From a virus (Duplodnaviria > Caudoviricetes): a stretch of 52,581 bases of DNA. The stretch is taken from positions 1 to 52,581 of IMG/VR virus record IMGVR_UViG_3300025704_002224; one strand, given 5' to 3'. Made by a program: the position numbers and the translations under genes. This document shows positions 38,713 to 48,006 of this stretch, piece by piece. How positions within the stretch are numbered: the stretch's first letter is position 1; each line of letters begins with the position of its first letter. Below the pieces are notes generated by a model that was not told where the DNA came from, searched no databases, and saw only the letters and a program-made list of their open reading frames with translations.

Positions 38713-39360
38713 ATGTTAAAAAAATATCTTAGAAGATTTGTTTATTTCTGCATAGCAGTAGTATTTGTGATCGCAGGTGCATGGGTGGCCGGGACGTTCA
38801 ATCCAAACGATTACACAGTGCAAAAGATTGAGGACGAGTTCCACAAGAAAGAAATGCGGATAATAGAAGAACTTGGTTTGAAAGAACCAGAATTTGAGTT
38901 CTCTGACAAGGTTTCTTTTATTAATGCCACATCCACATGTGTTTCATATCTTAACTGGACCACAGACAAAGACAAGAGGGTGCCAATCAGCATCATAATT
39001 GCCATGGCGGGCATAGAGAGTGCATGGGGTACCAGCAGATTTGCCACAGAAGGCAATGCATTATTTGGTGTGAGGACATGGAGTCTTGATACTGTACCAC
39101 ACATGAAAGCCCTGGGTAATCCAGATGCCAGTTGGGGTGTAAAGAAATACAAGACGAAATGTCAATCAATCAAGGACATGATAAGGATATTGAACACACA
39201 TCCTGCGTATGAAAAATTTAGATCTGCAAGAGAATTACAACTGGAAACAGGCACCTGGAACTATCGTGAACTGCTGTCGGGCATGACTGCTTGGAGCACC
39301 AACCCAGACTATGCGGAAATCATACTTCAAACCATAGTTGACAATAAATTACCTCAATAG
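38713..39360 (+). CDS. bax: Bax/glucosaminidase (GH73-like) peptidoglycan hydrolase with N-terminal TM anchor
   Basis: A..ESAWGTSRFA.EGNALFG, LNTHPAY..FR, WST.PDY. Confidence 0.85.
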   Translation: MLKKYLRRFVYFCIAVVFVIAGAWVAGTFNPNDYTVQKIEDEFHKKEMRIIEELGLKEPEFEFSDKVSFINATSTCVSYLNWTTDKDKRVPISIIIAMAGIESAWGTSRFATEGNALFGVRTWSLDTVPHMKALGNPDASWGVKKYKTKCQSIKDMIRILNTHPAYEKFRSARELQLETGTWNYRELLSGMTAWSTNPDYAEIILQTIVDNKLPQ

Positions 39361-39366
39361 TATAAT
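39338..39366 (+). promoter_or_regulatory. sigma70-type promoter (leaderless)
   Basis: TTGACA-N17-TATAAT; ATG 5 nt later. Confidence 0.8.
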
Positions 39367-39371
39367 AAACT

Positions 39372-39734
39372 ATGGGATTCATACAAATGAAACTGCCTAA
39401 AAGAATCAAGCACAAGATCGAGAACTCTCATAGGAACAGACAAGCACAGGCCAATCATGAGGAATGGTTAGCATCACAGGGACTAGACACATACACATTG
39501 AAGAAGAACACAAGAAAATTCACAGGCTACGAAATACCCAAGTACGAAGCAGATCCCAACCAACCCAAGTGCGGTGACAAGATACCCGTGAAAGGTGGAA
39601 ACAAAAGAGAAGAGATGAAGTACTCCGGTGAAAGGAGACTGCTAGGTATTGGTATGATGCACAAAAGCAATCTTGTTCCTGTATGGGACGAAGAAGGTGC
39701 AAAAGAGATCACTGCCATGAAAGGCAACAAGTAA
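39372..39734 (+). CDS. Conserved T4-like phage hypothetical protein (MHKSNLVPV)
   Basis: YSGER.LLGIGMMHKSNLVPV motif. Confidence 0.75.
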   Translation: MGFIQMKLPKRIKHKIENSHRNRQAQANHEEWLASQGLDTYTLKKNTRKFTGYEIPKYEADPNQPKCGDKIPVKGGNKREEMKYSGERRLLGIGMMHKSNLVPVWDEEGAKEITAMKGNK

Positions 39735-39979
39735 TGAAGATCAGATATTACCAAAAGATCGACGGATGGAGATGGCTAGGATTTATCCTGGCAATGGTCA
39801 GTGCATTCACACTGAGTGGTGGTAATCCTGACGTGCAATGGATTGGATGGGCGGTGGCACTCATATCATGTAGCATATGGATATGGATGGGCATAAAGGA
39901 CAAGGATACACCCAGGGCATTGATGGAACTGATGTACCTACTATTGGCCATCAGAGGCGTGTTCAATTGGCTATCATAA
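39734..39979 (+). CDS. Small 3-TM membrane protein (PnuC/SWEET half-like)
   Basis: TAATG coupling; three hydrophobic helices. Confidence 0.65.
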   Translation: MKIRYYQKIDGWRWLGFILAMVSAFTLSGGNPDVQWIGWAVALISCSIWIWMGIKDKDTPRALMELMYLLLAIRGVFNWLS

Positions 39980-40024
39980 CAAAAAACGTAACAAAGACAA
40001 CACTTCTAGCAAGATCAACTTGGG

Positions 40025-40052
40025 TTGACGTATTTGGAAAATATGCTATAAT
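40025..40052 (+). promoter_or_regulatory. sigma70-type promoter (leaderless)
   Basis: TTGACG-N16-TATAAT; ATG at 40059. Confidence 0.7.
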
Positions 40053-40058
40053 TGTTGT

Positions 40059-40202
40059 ATGATTAAACTAATAATACTATTTGCAATCTTCCTAGCGGTA
40101 TATCCGATGATAGGTGAAGGTTGGGCGGCATTCAGCAATGACTTCAATGTTGCTGGTGTGTCTGACTTCATATCAGAGCAGATTGCAAAATTTAAACAGT
40201 AA
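40059..40202 (+). CDS. Small membrane/secreted peptide
   Basis: 47-aa ORF not in the track: MIKLIILFAIFLAVYPMIGEGW... Confidence 0.6.
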   Translation: MIKLIILFAIFLAVYPMIGEGWAAFSNDFNVAGVSDFISEQIAKFKQ

Positions 40203-40210
40203 GGATAACA

Positions 40211-40762
40211 ATGAAGAACTTAACAAAAGTAATCTTGGTGTTGGTAGGAGGCCTGATGTTGGCACAATGTTCTACCTACAAGATCAAACCAGATATGAAC
40301 AAGAGTGGAGTTGTGAACAAAACACCTAAATGGTATGTTGATTACAAGCATGAAACTATGTTCAAGTACCAAGAGGCGGCAACGGCAGTGAGTCCAGACA
40401 TGGAACTGGCCGTAAAGAAAGCGACGCTGTTGGCAAAGGCAAAACTTGTGGACAGGATCAATGGTGAGATGAACAGCAGAACAACTATCACTAAGAACGA
40501 AGCCGGCACTAACGAAGATCTAAATGTTACCGCAGGATCTCAAGATGTGATTGTCAATGTGATCGAGGATACCCTTGCAAGAGGTTATGAAGTTACTAAA
40601 CAGGAGATGTACCTCACTAAAACTAAATCTTACAGAGCTTATATAATGATTGAAGTTAGCAAGAAAGAAGTTGAGGAGATCATCAATCAAGTGAACAAGA
40701 AAAAGTTGGCCTCTATTGACACAAGTGCTGTTACAAAACAAGCAGAAGCAATATTGAACTAG
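40211..40762 (+). CDS. Lipoprotein (LPP20-like)
   Basis: Lipobox LAQC; P.WY, A.SPD..LA..KA...AK..L. Confidence 0.7.
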   Translation: MKNLTKVILVLVGGLMLAQCSTYKIKPDMNKSGVVNKTPKWYVDYKHETMFKYQEAATAVSPDMELAVKKATLLAKAKLVDRINGEMNSRTTITKNEAGTNEDLNVTAGSQDVIVNVIEDTLARGYEVTKQEMYLTKTKSYRAYIMIEVSKKEVEEIINQVNKKKLASIDTSAVTKQAEAILN

Positions 40763-40766
40763 GGCT

Positions 40767-41123
40767 ATGAGAAATTTATATTATATTATTGCCCTGGCAT
40801 TCCTTACACTGGGATTGATAATATTTTCCACAACCGCAAATGCGGGTGGCCCATGGAACGATCAATATTGTGACGTAGAAATCACAAAGATAAAGGTTGT
40901 TAACGAAAAAGGTGAAACCATAAAAAATCTCACAGAAGAGAAAGTCACTTGCAATGACGGAGCCTCGGATTTCCTGTACGACTCGGGCATAGCAAAAAAA
41001 TGTGAGATGTACACATGGGATATGCCTATCGGCAATGTATTAGTTACTCAGAGGCAAGTTGCCTGCGAAAAAATAGATGGGAGTGGATATGAGATTGTTC
41101 AAGGTTATCACAGTATTGATTAG
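40767..41123 (+). CDS. Secreted hypothetical protein
   Basis: Signal peptide ending ANA; 4 Cys. Confidence 0.7.
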   Translation: MRNLYYIIALAFLTLGLIIFSTTANAGGPWNDQYCDVEITKIKVVNEKGETIKNLTEEKVTCNDGASDFLYDSGIAKKCEMYTWDMPIGNVLVTQRQVACEKIDGSGYEIVQGYHSID

Positions 41124-41520
41124 CCTGATGCTGTCAAGCACAGCACTAGGTGACACAAAAGGACAAATAGGAAACATGCCAACACCAGAGTATTGGGGAG
41201 AACAGCTCAAATACAGTGCACCTTCTTTCAGGTTCACACGAACACAGTTTATTGGATTTTGGCTCAAACGAGAAGAGAAGAAGATGCACCAATCAGCGGT
41301 GTATTTCGCACTCGAAAACGCAGAGAACGGCAAGATCGTCAGTTGGTACAGCAAGAAGCGTCTGGCGGCGGGCAAGGTGCGTGTGATACATTCATACCCA
41401 ATATCAGGCGGATATTGCCGTACGTACCAAGCATACATACAGGTCAAACGCAAATCACGGCACATGACCAACAACGCCTGCAAATATATTAACGACACAC
41501 CTTGGGTGTTTTATAAATAA
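41089..41520 (+). CDS. 17-kDa surface antigen (RT0821/Lpp0805-like) protein
   Basis: ALE....G..V.W......G.V......GGYCRTY ... AC.....W. Confidence 0.65.
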   Translation: MRLFKVITVLISLMLSSTALGDTKGQIGNMPTPEYWGEQLKYSAPSFRFTRTQFIGFWLKREEKKMHQSAVYFALENAENGKIVSWYSKKRLAAGKVRVIHSYPISGGYCRTYQAYIQVKRKSRHMTNNACKYINDTPWVFYK

Positions 41521-41556
41521 TCAGTATAAATAAGTTTATAACACAGGAATTTACAA

Positions 41557-42198
41557 ATGGCAACAGTTCAAGCAAGACATGAAAGAAATGACCCAAACGC
41601 AGGAATGCAGGGTGCATACTACACAGTAGACATAGCGATGGGTGCCTTCTTAGACACAGAAACAATCAACGGTGGAAGACTTTCTCCGTGTGCGGCGAAC
41701 GACTTTGCTACGAAGCCAACTACACTTGCACAGTCTTTATTAGTTTCAAGAGGACAATTAAGGTACAAGATGATGTTGAACAATCTTCAGATCAGATCAA
41801 ACTGCAGGATCATCAACATGGTTACGACTTATTCCAGTGATGCTGGCGATAACCCAATCACAGACATAAACTTTGGTATAGTTTTTGAAAACGACGACTT
41901 CGTACCAACAACAGGTACACAAGCGGATGACTCAACTACTACAACGACCAAAGTGTTGTACATCAAAGACAAGATCGCAGAAGCACTTTACGCCTCTCAC
42001 ACAGAGCTTATGACTGTGTTCAATCCAACTTCAGGTGCAGGCCTTATACAAAACACAGAAGTTTCTGTTGGCCCTGTTATGCTTGTGAGTCAAGATGAGA
42101 TTTTAGACGGTATCACAGTTGCAGAAGTGGCTGGATTCAGATCTAACGTTGACGCAGAAACACCTACAGACAACGCACTAACTTACTCAGCAGAGTAA
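41557..42198 (+). CDS. Putative virion structural protein
   Basis: TATAAATA upstream, AGGA SD, Thr/Ala/Asp-rich. Confidence 0.55.
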   Translation: MATVQARHERNDPNAGMQGAYYTVDIAMGAFLDTETINGGRLSPCAANDFATKPTTLAQSLLVSRGQLRYKMMLNNLQIRSNCRIINMVTTYSSDAGDNPITDINFGIVFENDDFVPTTGTQADDSTTTTTKVLYIKDKIAEALYASHTELMTVFNPTSGAGLIQNTEVSVGPVMLVSQDEILDGITVAEVAGFRSNVDAETPTDNALTYSAE

Positions 42199-42253
42199 TA
42201 ATCAATAATTTTTATTTTTAAAAAGTTAGTAAGAAAATTCTGACTTGAAACTA

Positions 42254-42538
42254 CTATTCGTCTGCGTAATCTAAGTTAATTGCAGTAGAGCCATCCACAG
42301 AAGTGAACGTGCCGTCGTATGCCGCTGGCAAACTATCGCCTGCCCTGTACTTGGTTTTCCAATCTAATACCCATGCGGCCCAGTCTGCCTTGAATGCCGC
42401 CCTCTCCGACTTCACGTCAACCCTTAGGCCGTCTGTGCCTGTGATATCCGCCTGTGAGTGTGCTATACCATTTGGACTACTCGGAGTCGTTGGTTTGTTC
42501 AAAGTTGATTGTGTTGAATGAAGTGTAAGGTCCGCCAT
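42254..42538 (-). CDS. Putative structural/late hypothetical protein
   Basis: ATG 42538, 5 nt after minus-strand TAAATA. Confidence 0.65.
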   Translation of the reverse strand: MADLTLHSTQSTLNKPTTPSSPNGIAHSQADITGTDGLRVDVKSERAAFKADWAAWVLDWKTKYRAGDSLPAAYDGTFTSVDGSTAINLDYADE

Positions 42539-42606
42539 ACGTATATTTACCAAACTATTCAGTAGCATAAATGCAGGCTTTAATTTATAGTAAATACACT
42601 TTATAA

Positions 42607-44601
42607 ATGTTTATCGCGATACTCACATTACTATCAGCACTGTCCATATCAGGAGTTGCAATATTCTACTCTGTGATTGGACTTGCGACCATATTCCCAG
42701 GTGCTTTCGTGCCTGTTGTGATCATGGGAGGTGTGTTGGAAGTGGGTAAACTTATAACGGCCTCATGGCTGTACAGGAACTGGAAGTTCACTCCGTTCAT
42801 GTTGAAGACCTATCTGACAACGGCCGTCATAATACTTTCGTTGATAACATCAATGGGTATCTTTGGTTTCCTATCAAAAGCACACCTGGAACAGAATCTG
42901 GCCTCGGACACACTGATACAACGTATACAGATACTAGAGGACAAGATTGACAGCGAGAAGAACTCCATAGTGAGGCAGAATGCAGTCATAGACAGGCTGG
43001 AGAAATCCATAAACAGAAGCACAGGAACTGCCGACGGAGACATAGAAGTGCAACAACAGATCATCGCAGATGCCAATGAAAAATTAAAAACACTACTTAC
43101 GGTCGAGACCAACACGGTGCGAGACCTAAACGACAGGCTGAAGGTGTTAGACAAGAACGTCAGTGACATACTGACTTCAAACAAATCATTCTTCAACGAA
43201 GAGAAAGCGGCCGCAGACCTAAAAGCAAGTCAGAAAGAGGAACGTGAACTGATAGCAGTAAACGTCAAAGAAGCACAGGACAGGATTTCAGAACTCAAAG
43301 CAGATCACAAGGCAGAGACCGCAGAAGCAAAAACTGTGATCGCCAACATGAGATCAGGATCACAGGACAACAAAAGCACGTTCACACAGGAGATAGAAAC
43401 AGCTGAACAGAAGATATTCGACTCACAGGGCAGGATAGACCTATTCATAGTAGACAAGCAACCACTTGAGAAAAAGATGCTGACACTGGAAGCAGAGATC
43501 GGGCCTGTGAAGTACATAGCCGCACTGGCAGTGGATTGGGGTATAACGGACCAGGTCGAGACTAGCAAGGCTGTAAGGTGGGTTATATTGCTGTTAATCG
43601 TGGTGTTTGATCCCTTAGCAGTATTACTATTGATCGCGGCCAACCAGAGTTTGATGAGAAGATTCCCACCAGAAGCACCAAAACCGCAGGAAGTTATAGA
43701 CCTAGAGAAACCAGATGAAGAGGATGTCACACTCAAATGGAACGCAATGATGGACAAGTCAAACGCGGCGGCCAGGATGGAAGAGGCCACAGAACAACTG
43801 CAAGAGTGGAAAGACAAACTGGAATCATTCAACACCAAGGTACCAACACCTGAGAGCAGACCTGTTGAAATCGTACAAGAGGACAACAGTACGATTCCAC
43901 ACATAGATCTCGTAGGCCAAAAAAAAACTGAAGACAAAGAAATAGTAGCAGATAACACATTAGATGGATTCGATCCGGACGAAGTCATGTTCGACATGGT
44001 TGAAGAACCAGAAGTAGACAAGGACAAACAACTAGAAGAATTCAAGAAACGTGAGCAAGAAGAACTTGCCGCACTCCAAGAGTATTCACGTAAGGCCATG
44101 GAAGAAAATGCAACAACAGTAACGGTCGAAGAGGCATTGAAAATGTCTGAAGCAGAAAGTGTTGAGACACCTATACAAGAAGAACGTATCAAACCTGACC
44201 TAACAGAAGTCATTGAACCAGAAGCCGAAATAGAAAAACCAAAGAATGTTGTCAAAAATTCAAAACCCAGAGTGATGAGGACAATACGACCAACCGAGGA
44301 CAGGCCCCCAAAGCCGATTCTGAGTAATTGGCAAAGAGCTGAATTACTCGACAACTTCCACAAAGAACACGGCAACTTCGAAGACGTCCAAGACTACGTG
44401 CAAAACGAAGAGCAGGGTGATACAACTACCTGGAAAAAGATAAAAAATAAAACCACAACAGAGGAAGACTATCATCTAAGAATGGAACAGAGGATAGAGG
44501 ACTTGATGGCAAAAGTTGAAGCAGGAGAAACAAAATTAGAAGACTTGACTGCAGAAGACAGACAAGTTATAATGGATATAAGAAATCAAAACGAGGTTTA
44601 A
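42607..44601 (+). CDS. Membrane-anchored coiled-coil protein with acidic tail
   Basis: 3 N-terminal TM (ALSIS.VA.FYSV.GL, LEVGKL, TSMGIFGFLSKAH), long coiled coil, GP.KYIA, VFDPLAVLLLIAAN. Confidence 0.8.
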   Translation: MFIAILTLLSALSISGVAIFYSVIGLATIFPGAFVPVVIMGGVLEVGKLITASWLYRNWKFTPFMLKTYLTTAVIILSLITSMGIFGFLSKAHLEQNLASDTLIQRIQILEDKIDSEKNSIVRQNAVIDRLEKSINRSTGTADGDIEVQQQIIADANEKLKTLLTVETNTVRDLNDRLKVLDKNVSDILTSNKSFFNEEKAAADLKASQKEERELIAVNVKEAQDRISELKADHKAETAEAKTVIANMRSGSQDNKSTFTQEIETAEQKIFDSQGRIDLFIVDKQPLEKKMLTLEAEIGPVKYIAALAVDWGITDQVETSKAVRWVILLLIVVFDPLAVLLLIAANQSLMRRFPPEAPKPQEVIDLEKPDEEDVTLKWNAMMDKSNAAARMEEATEQLQEWKDKLESFNTKVPTPESRPVEIVQEDNSTIPHIDLVGQKKTEDKEIVADNTLDGFDPDEVMFDMVEEPEVDKDKQLEEFKKREQEELAALQEYSRKAMEENATTVTVEEALKMSEAESVETPIQEERIKPDLTEVIEPEAEIEKPKNVVKNSKPRVMRTIRPTEDRPPKPILSNWQRAELLDNFHKEHGNFEDVQDYVQNEEQGDTTTWKKIKNKTTTEEDYHLRMEQRIEDLMAKVEAGETKLEDLTAEDRQVIMDIRNQNEV

Positions 44602-44605
44602 TTAC

Positions 44606-44977
44606 ATGGGACTGAACTTAAAAATGTTTGACACTCTAGGTATGTTGACTGTGGTGACACCACCGTCCATGATGAATCCGGAAAAGCTCAGTTTCACCAT
44701 CATAAATTTGAGGGAAAAGGAAAAGAACCACTTTGCAAAAGCATTGAACACATTGTTTCCAAATGATAATATCACAGTGTACATGTATGATCACCCCGGA
44801 TACCAGGAATGGCTGGAACAGGCCATCACGAAATCTAAATACATAATAATGGAAAAAACCAAAGCGCCGATATGGATCCAAGAAATGGCACCTGAGAAGA
44901 AAACTTATTATGTTTCTGAAGAACAAACAATAGAAAAAACATTTGAGATAATCAATAAAAAAGAAAGCGAGGCCTAA
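44606..44977 (+). CDS. Hypothetical protein
   Basis: 123-aa ORF coupled (TAATG) to clpX. Confidence 0.7.
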   Translation: MGLNLKMFDTLGMLTVVTPPSMMNPEKLSFTIINLREKEKNHFAKALNTLFPNDNITVYMYDHPGYQEWLEQAITKSKYIIMEKTKAPIWIQEMAPEKKTYYVSEEQTIEKTFEIINKKESEA

Positions 44978-46227
44978 TGTCAGAAGAAGCGTTGATATGC
45001 TCATTCTGTGGCAAGAGTCGTAAGGACGTCACGAAGATGATCGTGGGCGCCAAGAAGACATCTATCTGCAACGAGTGTGTAAAACTATGTGTAGAGATAC
45101 TGGACGAAGATGTGATCAAAGCACGGAAAGAAAAACTGTACGCAGGAGACAAGCACATCCTAAATCCCGTGGCCATTAAGGAACACTTAGACCAATATGT
45201 CATAGGACAAGATCAGGCCAAGACGGTGTTGAGTGTGGCCGTGGCAAACCACTACAAGAGGATAGTTCAACCACCCATTGACTTCGATCTCGATAAATCA
45301 AACGTCATGGTGCTAGGAGCCACAGGTGCTGGTAAGACACTGATGGCAAGAACAATAGCAAAGTACCTAGACGTACCATTCGCTATAGCGGACGCCACGA
45401 CTCTCACAGAGTCAGGATACGTGGGCGATGATGTAGAGAACGTGGTGCAGAAACTTTACGCCAACTCTGAGGGTGACATAGAGAAGACACAGAAAGGCAT
45501 AATATTCATAGACGAGATCGACAAGATATGCAGGAAAGGTGAGAACACATCACTGACCAGAGATGTATCCGGTGAGGGTGTGCAACAAGGCCTACTTAAA
45601 ATTGTTGAAGGAACCGAGTGCAGGGTACCGCCACATGGAGGTAGGAAACATCCAGACCAACAGACCATAACAATAGACACCAGTAACATCCTGTTCATAG
45701 TGGGTGGTGCATTCACGGAACTGGAGAAACAGATCAGAAGGAAGAAAGCATCAGGGGGTATAGGATTTGGAACCAAACTGCAGGAACAAGACGACAGGAA
45801 TTACCTGTCAGAAGTTCAACCTGAGGATCTTATCAAATACGGACTGATACCGGAGTTCGTGGGCAGGTTCTCCATGATCACCAACATAGATCCCTTGGAC
45901 GAGGCGCAGTTGATAAGGATACTGACAGAACCCCGTAATGCCATCCTTAAACAGACCAAGTACCTGTTTGGATTGGACAACATAGAAATTGAGTTTACCA
46001 AAGAGGCCAAGCAGAGCATTGCAGGTAAGGCCAAAGCACTAGGTACCAATGCAAGGGGACTGAAAAACGTAGTAGACACAGTGGTTCTACCCTATCAGTT
46101 TGACGCAGAGGAAATGAGGAACAGGGGAGTCAGCAAGATACAGATAACTAATGCGGTGGTTGACAAAGGAGCAGACCCTGTGTTAGTATTTAAAAAAACA
46201 AATGGAATATCAAAAAAACAAAGTTAG
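44977..46227 (+). CDS. clpX: ATP-dependent Clp protease ATP-binding subunit ClpX
   Basis: Zn finger CSFC/CNEC, Walker A GATGAGKT, GYVG pore loop, DEIDK, RDVSGEGVQQ, RKH loop, IGF loop. Confidence 0.97.
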   Translation: MSEEALICSFCGKSRKDVTKMIVGAKKTSICNECVKLCVEILDEDVIKARKEKLYAGDKHILNPVAIKEHLDQYVIGQDQAKTVLSVAVANHYKRIVQPPIDFDLDKSNVMVLGATGAGKTLMARTIAKYLDVPFAIADATTLTESGYVGDDVENVVQKLYANSEGDIEKTQKGIIFIDEIDKICRKGENTSLTRDVSGEGVQQGLLKIVEGTECRVPPHGGRKHPDQQTITIDTSNILFIVGGAFTELEKQIRRKKASGGIGFGTKLQEQDDRNYLSEVQPEDLIKYGLIPEFVGRFSMITNIDPLDEAQLIRILTEPRNAILKQTKYLFGLDNIEIEFTKEAKQSIAGKAKALGTNARGLKNVVDTVVLPYQFDAEEMRNRGVSKIQITNAVVDKGADPVLVFKKTNGISKKQS

Positions 46228-46495
46228 ACCCAAGTTCAAGAAAACAGAGAGACCTTTGGGTTTCCAGGGCTACTACGTGGAAGTGCGTGAGGGAGAAGAT
46301 GCCGTCAGGGCATACAGGAAGATCAAGAGATGGATCAAGGAAGACAAGTTCATTGACCAGATCAGGGCCAACAACACTTACCAAAAACCATCAGAGATCA
46401 AAGTAGAGAAAGCCAAGGAACGCAGGAAGGTGCTACGAAAACTGCGTAGGGAACGCGACAGTTTCATATCAATGCGTCCACAAAGAGGCAGATAA
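46202..46495 (+). CDS. rpsU: Ribosomal protein bS21-like
   Basis: V.VR.GE....A.RK.KR.......I.....YQKPSE pattern; basic. Confidence 0.75.
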   Translation: MEYQKNKVRPKFKKTERPLGFQGYYVEVREGEDAVRAYRKIKRWIKEDKFIDQIRANNTYQKPSEIKVEKAKERRKVLRKLRRERDSFISMRPQRGR

Positions 46496-46517
46496 TTTTA
46501 CCAACATAGGTCGTAAT

Positions 46518-46550
46518 TTGACATATAGCACATATATGTTATAATAAATA
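46518..46550 (+). promoter_or_regulatory. Overlapping early (TTGACA-N16-TATAAT) and late (TAAATA) promoters of hsp20
   Basis: Both motifs present directly upstream of the leader. Confidence 0.7.
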
Positions 46551-46554
46551 AAGT

Positions 46555-46612
46555 TGAAGATTGCTTTAGATAGGATCTTCACTATTAATAACTCGCTTAA
46601 ACTTAAAAGGAG
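46555..46612 (+). promoter_or_regulatory. ROSE-like RNA thermometer
   Basis: CTCGCTT (46592-98) pairs with SD AAGGAG (46607-12) with a bulged G; upstream hairpin TGAAGAT/ATCTTCA. Confidence 0.65.
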
Positions 46613-46620
46613 GAAAGCAC

Positions 46621-47073
46621 ATGAAAAACAATCTATCTATTTTTAACAACCTAAGACCACTAACCGTAGGGTTTGACAATGTATTCGATCAATTGGAATA
46701 CATGATGGAAGACCGTTTCTTTGAGAAGTCGGGCAACAATTTCCCACCATACAACATAGTGAAGACCGGTGAGAACACTTACGACGTTGAACTTGCACTT
46801 GCAGGTTTTGGGAAGGATGACATAGTAGTAGAGTACAAAGAAAATACACTTACTGTGAAATCAAAACCAAACAAAGACCCAGCAGACGAAGTTGAAAGTT
46901 ACGACGAGGGAGTGATACACAGAGGCATCTCAAAAAGGATGTTCACTAGATCATTCACTATTGCAAATGACGTGGAGGTCAAAGGTGCAGAACTGAAAGA
47001 TGGTTTACTTAAAGTGAGCCTGGAGAGAATAATTCCAGAACACAAAAAAGCAAAAACTATTGAAATCAAGTAA
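46621..47073 (+). CDS. ibpA: Small heat-shock protein Hsp20 (IbpA-like)
   Basis: FPPYNI, ELALAGF, HRGIS.R.F.RSF, GA.LKDGLL.V.LER.IPE. Confidence 0.95.
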   Translation: MKNNLSIFNNLRPLTVGFDNVFDQLEYMMEDRFFEKSGNNFPPYNIVKTGENTYDVELALAGFGKDDIVVEYKENTLTVKSKPNKDPADEVESYDEGVIHRGISKRMFTRSFTIANDVEVKGAELKDGLLKVSLERIIPEHKKAKTIEIK

Positions 47074-47085
47074 AGCAAAGTGGAT

Positions 47086-47105
47086 AGGGTGGTAATTACC
47101 ACCCT
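47086..47105. terminator. Perfect 20-bp palindrome after hsp20 (terminator or stabilising hairpin)
   Basis: AGGGTGGTAATTACCACCCT; no U-tract. Confidence 0.55.
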
Positions 47106-47112
47106 TCCATAA

Positions 47113-47140
47113 TTGACAACTTGTGTAGATATGCTATAAT
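47113..47140 (+). promoter_or_regulatory. sigma70-type promoter (leaderless clpS)
   Basis: TTGACA-N16-TATAAT; ATG at 47147. Confidence 0.75.
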
Positions 47141-47146
47141 AAAGGT

Positions 47147-47449
47147 ATGGAAATGACAGATATACAAACACTTACAAAAGAAAAAATTAAACTAGACGAG
47201 CCGGGACTATATGACGTTTTATTCCTCAACGACAACATCACGACCATGGAGTTCGTTGTCAAGGTTCTCAAACAGATCTATGGCAAGACACCAGAGCAGG
47301 CACAGAACATCACAACAAAGATACACCAGGACGGACAGGGCATTGTTGGATCTTACGTGCATGAGGTTGCCGAACAGAAAGGCATAGAGACCACACTGGC
47401 CGCGAGACAGGAAAACTTCCCACTACAGGTCAAAGTCAAGAAGCAGTAG
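47147..47449 (+). CDS. clpS: Clp protease adaptor ClpS
   Basis: P.LY.V.FLND..TTMEFVV.VL, IH..G.GIVG.Y..EVAEQK, FPL. Confidence 0.95.
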   Translation: MEMTDIQTLTKEKIKLDEPGLYDVLFLNDNITTMEFVVKVLKQIYGKTPEQAQNITTKIHQDGQGIVGSYVHEVAEQKGIETTLAARQENFPLQVKVKKQ

Positions 47450-47450
47450 G

Positions 47451-47795
47451 ATGGAACTAAAGGACTTCGTTCTAGAGAATCAAAAAATAATTGATTTGGT
47501 CAAGGATAGGACCGGAGGCAACACACAAGTGGACATGTACTATGGTACATTGGACTTTGCCACAGCAAGATTCCATTCCATACTGATTAGACTATCTCAA
47601 GACAGACTGAAGGAACAACAATATCGAGCAGAGGTAATAGAATGCTTCGAGACCATACAGGCGTTCTATAGGAATGTGCAGAGGTATAGATTTTGGCCAT
47701 GGATAGCGAAACCATTCATAGGCACAGTGCTACACGGCATGGGTACAAGGCGTATACCAAAGATAAAGTTTCTACTCGAAAAAATTAATAATTAA
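47451..47795 (+). CDS. Hypothetical protein
   Basis: 114-aa ORF within operon. Confidence 0.7.
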   Translation: MELKDFVLENQKIIDLVKDRTGGNTQVDMYYGTLDFATARFHSILIRLSQDRLKEQQYRAEVIECFETIQAFYRNVQRYRFWPWIAKPFIGTVLHGMGTRRIPKIKFLLEKINN

Positions 47796-47799
47796 CAGT

Positions 47800-48006
47800 A
47801 TGATTAGCAATTGGTTGTTTTGGGCAATACCACATCACTACATCAGAAGATACTTTTTTACATTCTGGCTTGTGATGTTTTTCATACCAGGATACTTCCT
47901 GGGATTGCAATTTACTAAATTAGGATTTATAATAAACTGGCTTTGGTTCGATCTCGTTTTTTACGGGTGGTACAGGGCAAAACAAATGATAGGAGACGAT
48001 GAATGA
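47800..48006 (+). CDS. Small membrane protein
   Basis: 68 aa, aromatic and hydrophobic. Confidence 0.6.
   Translation: MISNWLFWAIPHHYIRRYFFTFWLVMFFIPGYFLGLQFTKLGFIINWLWFDLVFYGWYRAKQMIGDDE

Noticed and set aside
43305-44375. 356-aa antisense ORF
   Set aside because: Ser/Phe-rich mirror of the Glu/Lys-rich sense gene; no promoter or SD; explained by sense-strand codon bias
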